DNA of 23,035 nucleotides. Source: Okeania sp. GTDB lineage: Bacteria > Cyanobacteriota > Cyanobacteriia > Cyanobacteriales > Microcoleaceae. The notes beneath the pieces are model-generated. The model worked only from the letters and a program-made list of their open reading frames with translations, had not been told where the DNA came from and searched no databases. The number at the start of each line of letters is the position of its first letter. Positions within the stretch are counted from its first letter, which is position 1. This document shows positions 1 to 7,278 of this stretch, piece by piece. The stretch lies in the NCBI RefSeq assembly GCF_035285525.1, contig NZ_JAYKGW010000142.1:1-23035 (forward strand), written 5' to 3'. A program made the position numbers and the translations under genes.

Positions 1-22
1 AGAAGCAATGTTCCACGGGGTA

Positions 23-80
23 GGGGCGGGTTTTAACTAGAATTTTCATGGTTACTCTAAGGTTTATATAAACCCGCCCC
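23..80. repeat. Palindromic dispersed repeat with arms GGGGCGGGTTT ... AAACCCGCCCC, copy 1
   Basis: The 11-nt arms at 23-33 and 70-80 are perfect inverted repeats. The opening GGGGCGGGTTT(T/G)..AACTAGA.TTTT recurs at 12395-12420. Confidence 0.7.
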
Positions 81-94
81 CTTAGTAGTTTTAG

Positions 95-185
95 GTTGGG
101 TTTCGTACCTCAACCCAACATCAAAGCAACAATAAAATCTGATTCCCAAATCCTGGTTGTTGGGTTCGCGATCGCTTAACCCAAC
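95..185. repeat. Two GTTGGGTT...AACCCAAC hairpins just downstream of the guaA stop; the second has a HIP1 site in its loop
   Basis: Hairpin 95-119 reads gttgggtt-tcgtacctc-aacccaac. Hairpin 159-185 reads gttgggtt-cgcgatcgctt-aacccaac. They could act as 3'-end structures for guaA (minus strand), but no U-tract follows. Confidence 0.5.
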
Positions 186-194
186 CTACATTTG

Positions 195-1802
195 TTATTC
201 CCATTCAATAGTTCCAGGAGGTTTAGAAGTAACATCATAAACCACCCGGTTAACTCCCTTAACCTCATTCACAATGCGGTTAGAAATAGTTTCCAACAAA
301 TCGTAAGGAACACGAGACCAGTCAGCAGTCATTCCATCTTCACTGGAAACAAACCGCAAAACAATAGGGTAAGCATAAGTACGTTGATCTCCCATTACCC
401 CCACACTGCGAACAGGTAACAACACCGCAAACGCTTGCCAAAAATCGTGATACATACCTTGCTTTTTAATTTCATCCCGCAGCACAAAGTCAGCATCCCG
501 TAATATTTTCAACCGTTCACTTGTAACTTCTCCTAAAATCCGAATCGCTAATCCCGGACCAGGAAAAGGATGTCGTCGCACAATTTCTTCTGGTAAACCA
601 ATGGAACGCCCAACTTTTCTGACTTCATCCTTGAATAGTTTGCGCAGAGGTTCGACTAACTTAAATCTCAAATCTTTGGGCAAACCCCCAACATTGTGAT
701 GACTCTTGATTTTTACCGCTACTCGCTCCCCGGTTTTGGGGTCAATATTGGTATTAGCAGATTCAATCACGTCTGGATACAGAGTACCTTGAGCAAGATA
801 ATCAAAAGGTCCTAAACGTTTTGACTCTTCCTCAAATACTTGGATAAACTCGTGACCGATTAATTTCCGTTTTTGTTCTGGATCGGTGACTCCTGTAAGT
901 TTTTCCAGGAAGCGATCGCGAGCATTCACATATTCAACTGATATATGAAAAGATTCATTAAATAATTTTACCAAATTTTCTGGTTCATACTTCCGCATAA
1001 ATCCTTGATCGATAAACATACAAGTTAATTTATCGCCGATCGCTTTATGGAGCAAAAATGCTAAAGTTGAAGAATCCACTCCTCCAGACAATGCTAATAA
1101 TACTCGTTTATCCCCAACTTGAGCGCTAATTTCTCGAATAGCTTCTTCCACAAACGCTTCTGTCGTCCAAGTTGGTTCACACTGACAAATATGGTAGACA
1201 AAATTTCTAATCAAAGCTTGACCACCAATAGAGTGAACTACCTCTGGGTGAAACTGAGTACCATAGAGCTTTTTGTCATGGTCAGCGATCGCTGCACAAG
1301 GAGTATTATTTGTATGAGCTAATATTTCAAAACCAGAAGGCATTTTGCTAACAGAATCTCCATGACTCATCCACATAGTTGTGCCTTCTTCCACATTCGT
1401 CAGCAAATCTGTAGGGTCATCTATTGATAGGGATGCTTTACCATATTCAGCAAGTTCAGCACGTTTGACTTCTCCACCGAGCTGTTGTACCATCAACTGC
1501 ATACCGTAGCACACACCCAAAATTGGTATTCCTAAATGCCAAATTTCGGGATCGCAATGAGGTGCCCCTTCATCGTAGACTGAGTTCGGTCCTCCAGAAA
1601 GAATAATTCCTTTGGGGTTTAGAGCTGTCAATTTTTCCGCAGTTGTTTGGTAGGAAATAACTTCTGAATATACTTGAGTTTCCCGGATTCGACGAGCGAT
1701 GAGTTCTGAATATTGAGAACCAAAGTCCAGAATCACGATCATTTGTCGGTTAAACTGAGTGAGAGATTCTGATTTTTTTTCTGTTTGTGTTGTTAGAGTC
1801 AC
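195..1802 (-). CDS. guaA: GMP synthase (glutamine-hydrolysing)
   Basis: 535-aa ORF. The N-terminal class-I amidotransferase shows [28 protein letters not shown] and FHPEV. An ATP-pyrophosphatase SGGVDSS loop follows, and the C-terminus ends GTIEWE. The codon at 1800-1802 is GTG; an ATG at 1740-1742 is an alternative start. Confidence 0.95.
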   Translation of the reverse strand: MTLTTQTEKKSESLTQFNRQMIVILDFGSQYSELIARRIRETQVYSEVISYQTTAEKLTALNPKGIILSGGPNSVYDEGAPHCDPEIWHLGIPILGVCYGMQLMVQQLGGEVKRAELAEYGKASLSIDDPTDLLTNVEEGTTMWMSHGDSVSKMPSGFEILAHTNNTPCAAIADHDKKLYGTQFHPEVVHSIGGQALIRNFVYHICQCEPTWTTEAFVEEAIREISAQVGDKRVLLALSGGVDSSTLAFLLHKAIGDKLTCMFIDQGFMRKYEPENLVKLFNESFHISVEYVNARDRFLEKLTGVTDPEQKRKLIGHEFIQVFEEESKRLGPFDYLAQGTLYPDVIESANTNIDPKTGERVAVKIKSHHNVGGLPKDLRFKLVEPLRKLFKDEVRKVGRSIGLPEEIVRRHPFPGPGLAIRILGEVTSERLKILRDADFVLRDEIKKQGMYHDFWQAFAVLLPVRSVGVMGDQRTYAYPIVLRFVSSEDGMTADWSRVPYDLLETISNRIVNEVKGVNRVVYDVTSKPPGTIEWE

Positions 1803-2209
1803 GATTAATGTGATAATATGTTAGACGGACAAAATTGATTTTCCTTAGTTTTGAGTTGTCAGCTTTTGTTTATCGGCATATTCAATAGCTTGATAGTGAG
1901 GAAAATTTGTTTTTCCACCCTGGGAAATCAAGCCAAGTTTTTCTTTATTTGAGCAAAAGCTTATATACTATAAATTGCTGATAACCTGAGAAATAATATC
2001 AAATCCGTTGGCAACGGAAATGTTATAAGAGACCGGGTTTATAGGAGACATATATAGGACTTACACAGGTTTGGGAAACTTTAGGTCTGGGAAAAGTACC
2101 AGCTTTTTGGTTAATAAAGCTGAAAAATTAAGAATTTTAGAGTGACTATAGCAGAAAAATTAAGTGGTTATTATAACTACCTCTTTTTATAACTCCCCAT
2201 ATTCTGTAA

Positions 2210-2229
2210 GGACGTTGCATGCAACGTCC
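2210..2229. repeat. Perfect 20-bp palindrome GGACGTTGCATGCAACGTCC
   Basis: Read directly from the sequence. It runs straight into the heptamer array. A related GCAACGTCCCTAC string occurs at 12446-12458. Confidence 0.8.
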
Positions 2230-2268
2230 CTACTCCCTACTCCCTACTCCCTACTCCCTACTCCCTAC
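2227..2268. repeat. STRR heptamer array, TCCCTAC x6
   Basis: Six perfect tandem 7-mers lie 27 nt downstream of the cbiD stop codon. Confidence 0.95.
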
Positions 2269-2294
2269 CTCTAGCTAAGGATATTCTGACTAGG

Positions 2295-3419
2295 TTAGCA
2301 AACTTTGGCAAAAATTGTATCTGCAATTTTAGATTTACAGAATATCTTCCGATCGCGGTCAAAAAGCATCGAACCTACTTGGACTTGTTTTTGACTATGA
2401 TTAAAAATATAATCTTGGCAACGTTGGTCAATTTTCCTAGCGATCGCTCCATAAACTCTATTCACCCAGTCATTTTCATCATTTATTTCTAAGTTCCGCA
2501 GCAGTTTCAAAGCATTCTCGGCAGTAGTACAGGCAAAAATTTCTTGTAACACAGAAGTAGGCAAACCTAAATTTGCACAATGAGCAGTCAAAATTTCTAA
2601 TCGTCCGTCAGCTAGATGGTGATGAGTATGAAAGATTCCCCCAGCTAATTTAATTAATTTGCCATGATAACCTAATAATAATATAGACTCAACTTCAGCA
2701 ACAGTGGCACCTACCAACATTGGACCTAACCAGTTAGCGGTTTTGACAGTCTGCTGTGATGGTATTCCCATTTTCCTAGCTATATCTAAACCATTTTCCC
2801 CCACACAAAACACCAAAGTATGAAACTGAACTGCCTTTTGTTGTAATTCTGCTTGGTAAACTTCAAGTTGTCCAGGTAAACTCAGAGGTTGAGAAACTCC
2901 AGTAGTTCCCAAAAGAGAAAGACCTTCAACTATACCAAAAGCAGAATTAGAAGTCCGAGTCGCTAACTGCTGACCTTCTGGTAAAATAATAGTGACTTGA
3001 ATTTGTTCATTTGGGTTGAGCAAAGGTTTCAGATTTTCTTGGAGTAGTCGTCGCGCATAACTATAAATAGCTGCTTCCCCAGAATGAATATTATATCCAA
3101 TTCCTACTCCACCTATTATGACAATTTGTTCTGAAGCTTCAGTCGGAAAAATTGTATTCAATTCTACCACAGCCCAAATCGGAGTATTGCGAGTTAGGTC
3201 AAGATTATTACCAGGGTCAGAACGGGTAATAGCTAAAGCAGTATTACTTTTTAGTAAAGCTACTTGTTCGATAGGAATATCAACAATTTCTGCTGGTTCG
3301 AGTAAATGAATAGATACGGTAGATAAAGAGAGAATATTTTGACGTATCCAATGGAGAGCAGCTACAGCAGCAGCACCAGCGAATACAGGTAGAGTATATC
3401 CAGCGCAAGGTTCAGTCAT
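2295..3419 (-). CDS. cbiD: Cobalt-precorrin-5B (C1)-methyltransferase
   Basis: The ORF carries CbiD-type strings: GYTLPVFAGAAAVAAL, ITRSDPGNNLDLT, SNSAFGIVEGLSLLGTTG and GGIFHTHHHLADGR. The track start at 3431 is TTG, so I prefer the ATG at 3417-3419 (MTEPCAGYTLPVF). Confidence 0.85.
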   Translation of the reverse strand: MTEPCAGYTLPVFAGAAAVAALHWIRQNILSLSTVSIHLLEPAEIVDIPIEQVALLKSNTALAITRSDPGNNLDLTRNTPIWAVVELNTIFPTEASEQIVIIGGVGIGYNIHSGEAAIYSYARRLLQENLKPLLNPNEQIQVTIILPEGQQLATRTSNSAFGIVEGLSLLGTTGVSQPLSLPGQLEVYQAELQQKAVQFHTLVFCVGENGLDIARKMGIPSQQTVKTANWLGPMLVGATVAEVESILLLGYHGKLIKLAGGIFHTHHHLADGRLEILTAHCANLGLPTSVLQEIFACTTAENALKLLRNLEINDENDWVNRVYGAIARKIDQRCQDYIFNHSQKQVQVGSMLFDRDRKIFCKSKIADTIFAKVC

Positions 3420-3455
3420 TTTAAAATTCAAAAGTCAAAATCATTTTAATTCAAT

Positions 3456-3563
3456 AGGACTTAGGCATTAACGCTATCCGTAGGGTGCGTTTTGCTACGC
3501 GACATGAAAAGCGTATCTCGTAACGCACCGATACTCTATATCTAGTGTATTTGCCTAAGTCCT
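3456..3563. mobile_element. 108-bp miniature palindromic element with termini AGGACTTAGGCA / TGCCTAAGTCCT
   Basis: It has 12-bp perfect terminal inverted repeats and an internal GGTGCGTT...AACGCACC hairpin. A 109-bp homologue lies at 22386-22494. It interrupts a TCAAAAG-type repeat block. Confidence 0.75.
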
Positions 3564-3650
3564 GTTCAAAAGTCATGCATTCATACATTCAAAAGTAAGA
3601 ATTATTCAATTCAAAAGTGATAATTTTTAAGTTAAAAGTCAAAATCATTT

Positions 3651-3689
3651 CAATTCAAAAGTCATGCATTAAGAATTTTTAAGTTAAAA
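3651..3689. repeat. Left arm of the long inverted repeat enclosing the four-helix-bundle pseudogene
   Basis: caattcaaaagtca / tgcatt / aagaatttttaagttaaaa pairs with 4068-4127 as 14 bp + 6 bp + about 17 bp, separated by two bulges on the right arm. Partial copies of the same unit lie at 3426-3454, 3565-3600 and 3633-3650. Confidence 0.7.
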
Positions 3690-3705
3690 GTTAAAAGTCA
3701 AATAA

Positions 3706-4051
3706 ATGAAAAATTATATACCTATTACTGAGAGAACTTTTGAATTTGCAGTTAGAATTACCTCTTTTAGACCAGCAACCAGGAACAGCCAGATTACTAG
3801 CTAATCAATTATTTAGGTCTGGAAAATCAATAGGAGCTAATCTAGCAGAATCACAGTCAGCTCAGAGTACCAAAAATTTTATTAGTAAGTAAGAAATATC
3901 TCTCAAAGAAGCAAGAGAAACCCGATATTGGTTAAGATTACTTATTGAAACTGAGATGATAGAATCTGAAAGAATAGCCAAGCTTTTATATGAATGCGAA
4001 CAAGTCATTAAAATTCTAGCTCAATCCATAGTTACTAGCAAAAAAAGTTGA
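3706..4051 (+). pseudogene. Four-helix-bundle protein (23S rRNA intervening-sequence protein / Avd-like family), inactivated
   Basis: The start frame gives MKNYIPITERTFEFAVRI and hits TAA at 3802. A second frame continues LLDQQPGTARLLANQLFRSGKSIGANLAESQSAQSTKNFISK-TAA(3890-3892)-EISLKEARETRYWLRLLIETEMIESERIAKLLYECEQVIKILAQSIVTSKKS. That is one frameshift or deletion near 3757-3766 plus one in-frame TAA. Confidence 0.75.
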
Positions 4052-4067
4052 ATAATTAACTTATTAA

Positions 4068-4127
4068 TTTCAACTTAAAAATTCTTATTTATGAATTTTG
4101 AATGCATAAATTTTGACTTTTGAATTG
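4068..4127. repeat. Right arm of the inverted repeat enclosing the four-helix-bundle pseudogene
   Basis: The reverse complement reads caattcaaaagtca-aaattta-tgcatt-caaaattcataaat-aagaatttttaagttgaaa, matching 3651-3689. Confidence 0.7.
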
Positions 4128-4220
4128 ACCAAAGCGAAGTTTAGTTATCAGTATTTTATACACTAATTCAAAAATACAGAATAAGAACAATTATCCTATA
4201 TAAATCATCAATTATTTAGT

Positions 4221-4238
4221 CTACTCCCTACTCCCTAC
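4221..4238. repeat. STRR heptamer (CTACTCC/TCCCTAC family), about 2.5 copies, overlapping the CDS 3' end
   Basis: ctactccctactccctac is the same heptamer family as 2227-2268. It supplies the TAG stop (4221-4223) and the terminal residues of the ORF (...GSRE). Confidence 0.85.
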
Positions 4239-4850
4239 ACTCTTCTGAAGATATCTATTAATTCCTAGAGATAAAATTCCTAAAATTTTCTCCAAGTTAT
4301 TAACAACATATTCTGTTAGATCGATGTGAACTTCTGTATTTTCTAACTGTAAGAATTTCCAAATATTTCCCGTAGTAACAACCCCGTAAATAATAGAAAT
4401 TTGATTGCCTTGTTGTTGATTAAATATTTGTCCGGCAATCATTTCTGCCAGACATTGCCCTAACCCACCGTTTAAGTTTTCTTTTTTGGCTTCAACAATA
4501 GCAAAAACGGGAGATTTTATAAATAGTTGTTCTGGAGCGAGACTAATGAGAAAATCACAAGTACCGTTTAATCCTCTAGCAGGATCGACATTAAATTCTG
4601 TTCCTGAAAAGAGGCTAATTTGATTATTCAGTATTTTTCTTAATTCTATTAAAATTGGGGCAATAATCATTTCTGAACGGGCTTTTTCTGTATTAATTGC
4701 TAAAGCTAATGGTAAGTTATTTTGTAATATTTGTTTTAAAAATTCGCTTGGTTGCACTTCAGAAATATTAGCAAAAAAATCGACTTTTTCCTTAAAAATT
4801 AAAGAAAATTCTTGTTGGATTTTGGGTAATGTAAAATCGCTGTAAGGCAT
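4221..4850 (-). CDS. Orphan PD-(D/E)xK nuclease-fold protein (HsdR-N-terminal-like)
   Basis: The motif arrangement is GTCDFLIS ... [10 protein letters not shown] ... [10 protein letters not shown], that is D ... E-x-K followed by a conserved Q helix. The track start at 4913 is TTG. I prefer the ATG at 4848-4850 ([15 protein letters not shown]). The last codons and the stop lie inside a CTACTCC heptamer repeat. Confidence 0.6.
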   Translation of the reverse strand: MPYSDFTLPKIQQEFSLIFKEKVDFFANISEVQPSEFLKQILQNNLPLALAINTEKARSEMIIAPILIELRKILNNQISLFSGTEFNVDPARGLNGTCDFLISLAPEQLFIKSPVFAIVEAKKENLNGGLGQCLAEMIAGQIFNQQQGNQISIIYGVVTTGNIWKFLQLENTEVHIDLTEYVVNNLEKILGILSLGINRYLQKSVGSRE

Positions 4851-5005
4851 TTTATTTTTACTCTTTGAATTTAAGTAAGATTTGCTTATGGAAAGTCTTT
4901 TTGCGCCTGGCAAGGATTAGGGAGTAGTTAAGAGTCAAGAAGAATAAAGATTTATAGAGAAGGTAACTAGAAAAATTATCTCTTTTAATATAGTTAATTG
5001 ACCTA

Positions 5006-5264
5006 AAAACTACTATAAGCTATCTATGAAAATGCTATATATATTTTACTTCTACCTTCTGCCTTCTGCCTTCTGCCTTCTTCCTTAAAATTACTATAAG
5101 CTATCTATTTATAGACTATAGCAATTCCCATATTTGTGAGGTAGAAAATTCTAGGTTTTAAGGAATAGGAAATAGATGTAACTCATCAACCTAGAAAATG
5201 CTATATATATTTTAATTCTTCCTTCTAGCTTCTTCCTTCTAACTCCTTCCTTCTAACTCCTTCC
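5006..5264. repeat. Tandem duplication of an about 80-bp unit, each copy ending in a TTCTGCC/TTCTTCC heptamer array; copy 2 carries an 85-bp insertion
   Basis: Unit 1 is 5006-5086 and unit 2 is 5087-5264. The shared strings are aaaa(c/t)tactataagctatctat (5006/5087) and gaaaatgctatatatatttta (5028/5194). The heptamer arrays are 5050-5084 (x5) and 5216-5264 (x7). The extra segment 5109-5193 contains ACTATAGCAATTCCCATA, which is also at 6743-6765. Confidence 0.85.
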
Positions 5265-5270
5265 TTTATT

Positions 5271-5828
5271 TTATGGTAAAAATTGTTCCACGGGAAATCT
5301 AGTGATACAAGAAGATAAAAGGTTTTGAAAAAGTTCTTTACTTCGAGGAGAAATAGTACCTCTAGATATCTCAAAAGAAATTTCTAAAAAATCTCCCAAG
5401 GGATATTGTTTTTGAGCTTCTTCGATCATGCAAACACAAAACTTTTCTTGCTTTTTTCTGTTGTTACAACCATCAACAAATGCTTTAACTACCTCTGGTG
5501 GATAAACATAAGAATTTAATCCATTTAATTCAATATTTATATCAGCCGATATTCCCTTTCGCTCATCTTCCGATGACTCAAAGTTCATTTTTTCCAACGC
5601 CTTTAAAGTTGCCTTATCGAATTTTTCATTCCCACTACTTTCAATAACTTCTAAATTAGTTGGCTTTCCTTTACTATTAATATCGAACTCAATACGTAAT
5701 TGCATCCGATTTTTTTCTTGAGCGAAAACCGATGTCGGAATTAGTAAAAAGAATAATAGCAGGATGACAACTTTTAATCTTTTTAACCAAGGGAAAAACT
5801 TCTGAATATTGGGAGAAATTTTCATCAT
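5271..5828 (-). CDS. Secreted protein with a TonB-C-terminal-like domain and a Cys-containing C-terminal domain
   Basis: There is an N-terminal signal peptide (LLLFFLLIPTSVFA-QE). The segment GKPTNLEVIESSGNEKFDKATLKALEKMNF resembles a TonB_C fold. Four Cys lie in the C-terminal half. The function is not recognised. Confidence 0.5.
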   Translation of the reverse strand: MMKISPNIQKFFPWLKRLKVVILLLFFLLIPTSVFAQEKNRMQLRIEFDINSKGKPTNLEVIESSGNEKFDKATLKALEKMNFESSEDERKGISADINIELNGLNSYVYPPEVVKAFVDGCNNRKKQEKFCVCMIEEAQKQYPLGDFLEISFEISRGTISPRSKELFQNLLSSCITRFPVEQFLP

Positions 5829-6205
5829 AATTATGCAGTTTTGATAGAACTTACTTTGACCAATTAAAAATTAGCAACTATGATATTATATCACCCAAAT
5901 TTCTTGATTCCTAAAAAATATTGTTCTAGTAAAAAACAATACGAAAAAATATGCGCTCTAATAGTTAAATCTCCTCAAGGTGATTAAGCCACCCAGTCAT
6001 TTCAGTTATCACTTATCAGTGCCTCCTACTGAAGTAGAAGATTGGAAATACTGAAGTTGATTTTTTCCATCATTTTTCGGTCAAAAGGGAAAGTAATATT
6101 ATGCTTCTAATTTTACGAAGTTTATCTATAAAGTTTTCCTCATTTCTATGTCATTATTCTTCTCTATAAAAAATGTCTTTTTTGTCTTTTTTCTTCCATC
6201 TTTAG

Positions 6206-6643
6206 CTAAACATTAACCTTAAAATTCTCCAGATACTTTTCAATAAGTATGCGAGTATAACTATTCAAAGAATAATTAAAAGCATTTTCAGGAGTCACCC
6301 ACTCCCATCGGACAATTTCCTCATTCGGCACAACATCCTCCCCTTCAGATTTTGCCCAATAATTCACCATAATAAAATGAGCTTCCTTATAAAATTGGGG
6401 GTCAAGTATTGCCTCATGGAACATAGCAAAGCGAATGTCATTTAACTTTAACCCCACCTCTTCCATAAACTCCCGCGCTACAGCAGTTTCTAAACTTTCT
6501 CCCCAGTCAACCTTTCCCCCAGGTACTCCCCATGTACCTCTCCATTTTGTCGTCTCCACAATTAATATTCGACCAGAAGGTCCCTTAACTAAAGCACCCA
6601 CTGTCACAAGTGGAAATTGTGACTTAACTGCTGACTGATACAT
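6206..6643 (-). CDS. Nudix hydrolase
   Basis: It has a canonical Nudix box, GGKVDWGESLETAVAREFMEEVGL. The track ORF extends to 6730 (GTG) but that extension translates an AATGAAT heptamer array. I prefer the ATG at 6641-6643 (MYQSAVKSQ). Confidence 0.85.
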   Translation of the reverse strand: MYQSAVKSQFPLVTVGALVKGPSGRILIVETTKWRGTWGVPGGKVDWGESLETAVAREFMEEVGLKLNDIRFAMFHEAILDPQFYKEAHFIMVNYWAKSEGEDVVPNEEIVRWEWVTPENAFNYSLNSYTRILIEKYLENFKVNV

Positions 6644-6694
6644 AATCTTTTGGTTAAAATTAACTTTATTGAAAGCAAATATACCATCTTTTAT

Positions 6695-6729
6695 TAATGA
6701 ATAATGAATAATGAATAATGAATAATACA
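6695..6729. repeat. STRR heptamer array, TAATGAA x4 plus one degenerate copy
   Basis: Read directly from the sequence. It lies 52 nt upstream of the preferred Nudix start on the minus strand. Confidence 0.9.
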
Positions 6730-6795
6730 CAATAGATAATGAAAACTATAGCAGCAATTCCCATACTGATTAGGTATATTTACAATCCCCCTAAA

Positions 6796-6843
6796 TCCCC
6801 CTTTCAAAGGGGGACTTTTCTTTAGCTCGCCCCTTTCAAAGGG
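6796..6843. repeat. Two CCCC(C)TTTCAAAGGGG(G) hairpins
   Basis: The first, tccccctttcaaaggggga, is at 6796-6814 and the second, cccctttcaaaggg, is at 6830-6843. A related AAAGGGGAGG string occurs at 20678-20690 and, reverse-complemented, at 6977-6990. Confidence 0.6.
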
Positions 6844-7232
6844 AGGCAGGAAGGATATAAATACAAGTCGTTAACTTTTGACTTTACTGAATCATGAGCA
6901 GATATCCTACCTGATCTGAAATAATTATTATTTTTACCAAAAAGTTAATAATTATATAGTTAAATAATTCAGCTTTATTAACCTCCCCTTTCAACAGGAA
7001 GAAAATAAATTTTTTCCTTTTAGCTATCCCTTATAATAAGGAACTCCTGAAAACTTTGTGGGAGGGTGGGAAGTAAGAATTTTGTCTAGACTTCTCAAAA
7101 AAGTGTATTGAAAAATATACTTTTCTCCAGAAAAAGCCCACCCAAGGCTAAAGCATAACTTGGCTATTTTGCCAAGTATTATGTTAAGAAATGATGTTTA
7201 TAAAGCATAGCCCTAAAAGGGATGAGGTAATT

Positions 7233-7260
7233 ATCAATTATCCATTATCAATTATCCATT
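7233..7260 (+). repeat. 14-nt tandem repeat ATCAATTATCCATT x2 in the proS 5' leader
   Basis: It is a perfect duplication. It contains TTATCCATTA at 7238-7247 and 7252-7261. It ends 17 nt before the proS ATG and just upstream of the AAGGAG Shine-Dalgarno sequence (7268-7273). Confidence 0.9.
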
Positions 7261-7278
7261 AATTCACAAGGAGCAACC

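Noticed and set aside
192-419. Track ORFs antisense to strong CDSs: 192..419, 1119..1322, 3118..3309, 6435..6638, 8392..8601, 10761..11003, 11537..11824, 13247..13441, 14295..14480, 15027..15461 and 18309..18545
   Set aside because: Each lies wholly inside a well-supported gene, or a gene remnant, on the opposite strand. Their translations are low-complexity or hydrophobic with no recognisable motifs. They are typical shadow ORFs of AT-rich coding DNA.
3420-3705. A cobalamin riboswitch upstream of cbiD
   Set aside because: The minus-strand leader consists of heptamer repeats plus an inserted mini-element. No B12-box-like (AGYCMGGAGACC-type) sequence is present.
4851-4913. N-terminal extensions in the ORF track (4851-4913 TTG start, 6644-6730 GTG start, 3420-3431 TTG start)
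   Set aside because: The extensions begin at non-ATG codons. For 6644-6730 the extension translates a heptamer repeat. In each case an ATG further in gives an N-terminus that looks like the family norm.
3706-6643. A defence island made of the four-helix-bundle gene, the PD-(D/E)xK protein, the TonB_C-like secreted protein and the Nudix hydrolase
   Set aside because: The genes are separated by spacers of about 170-420 bp full of repeats. The first is on the other strand and is a pseudogene. No ATPase, methyltransferase, reverse transcriptase or other partner is present. There is no evidence of an operon or a functional link.
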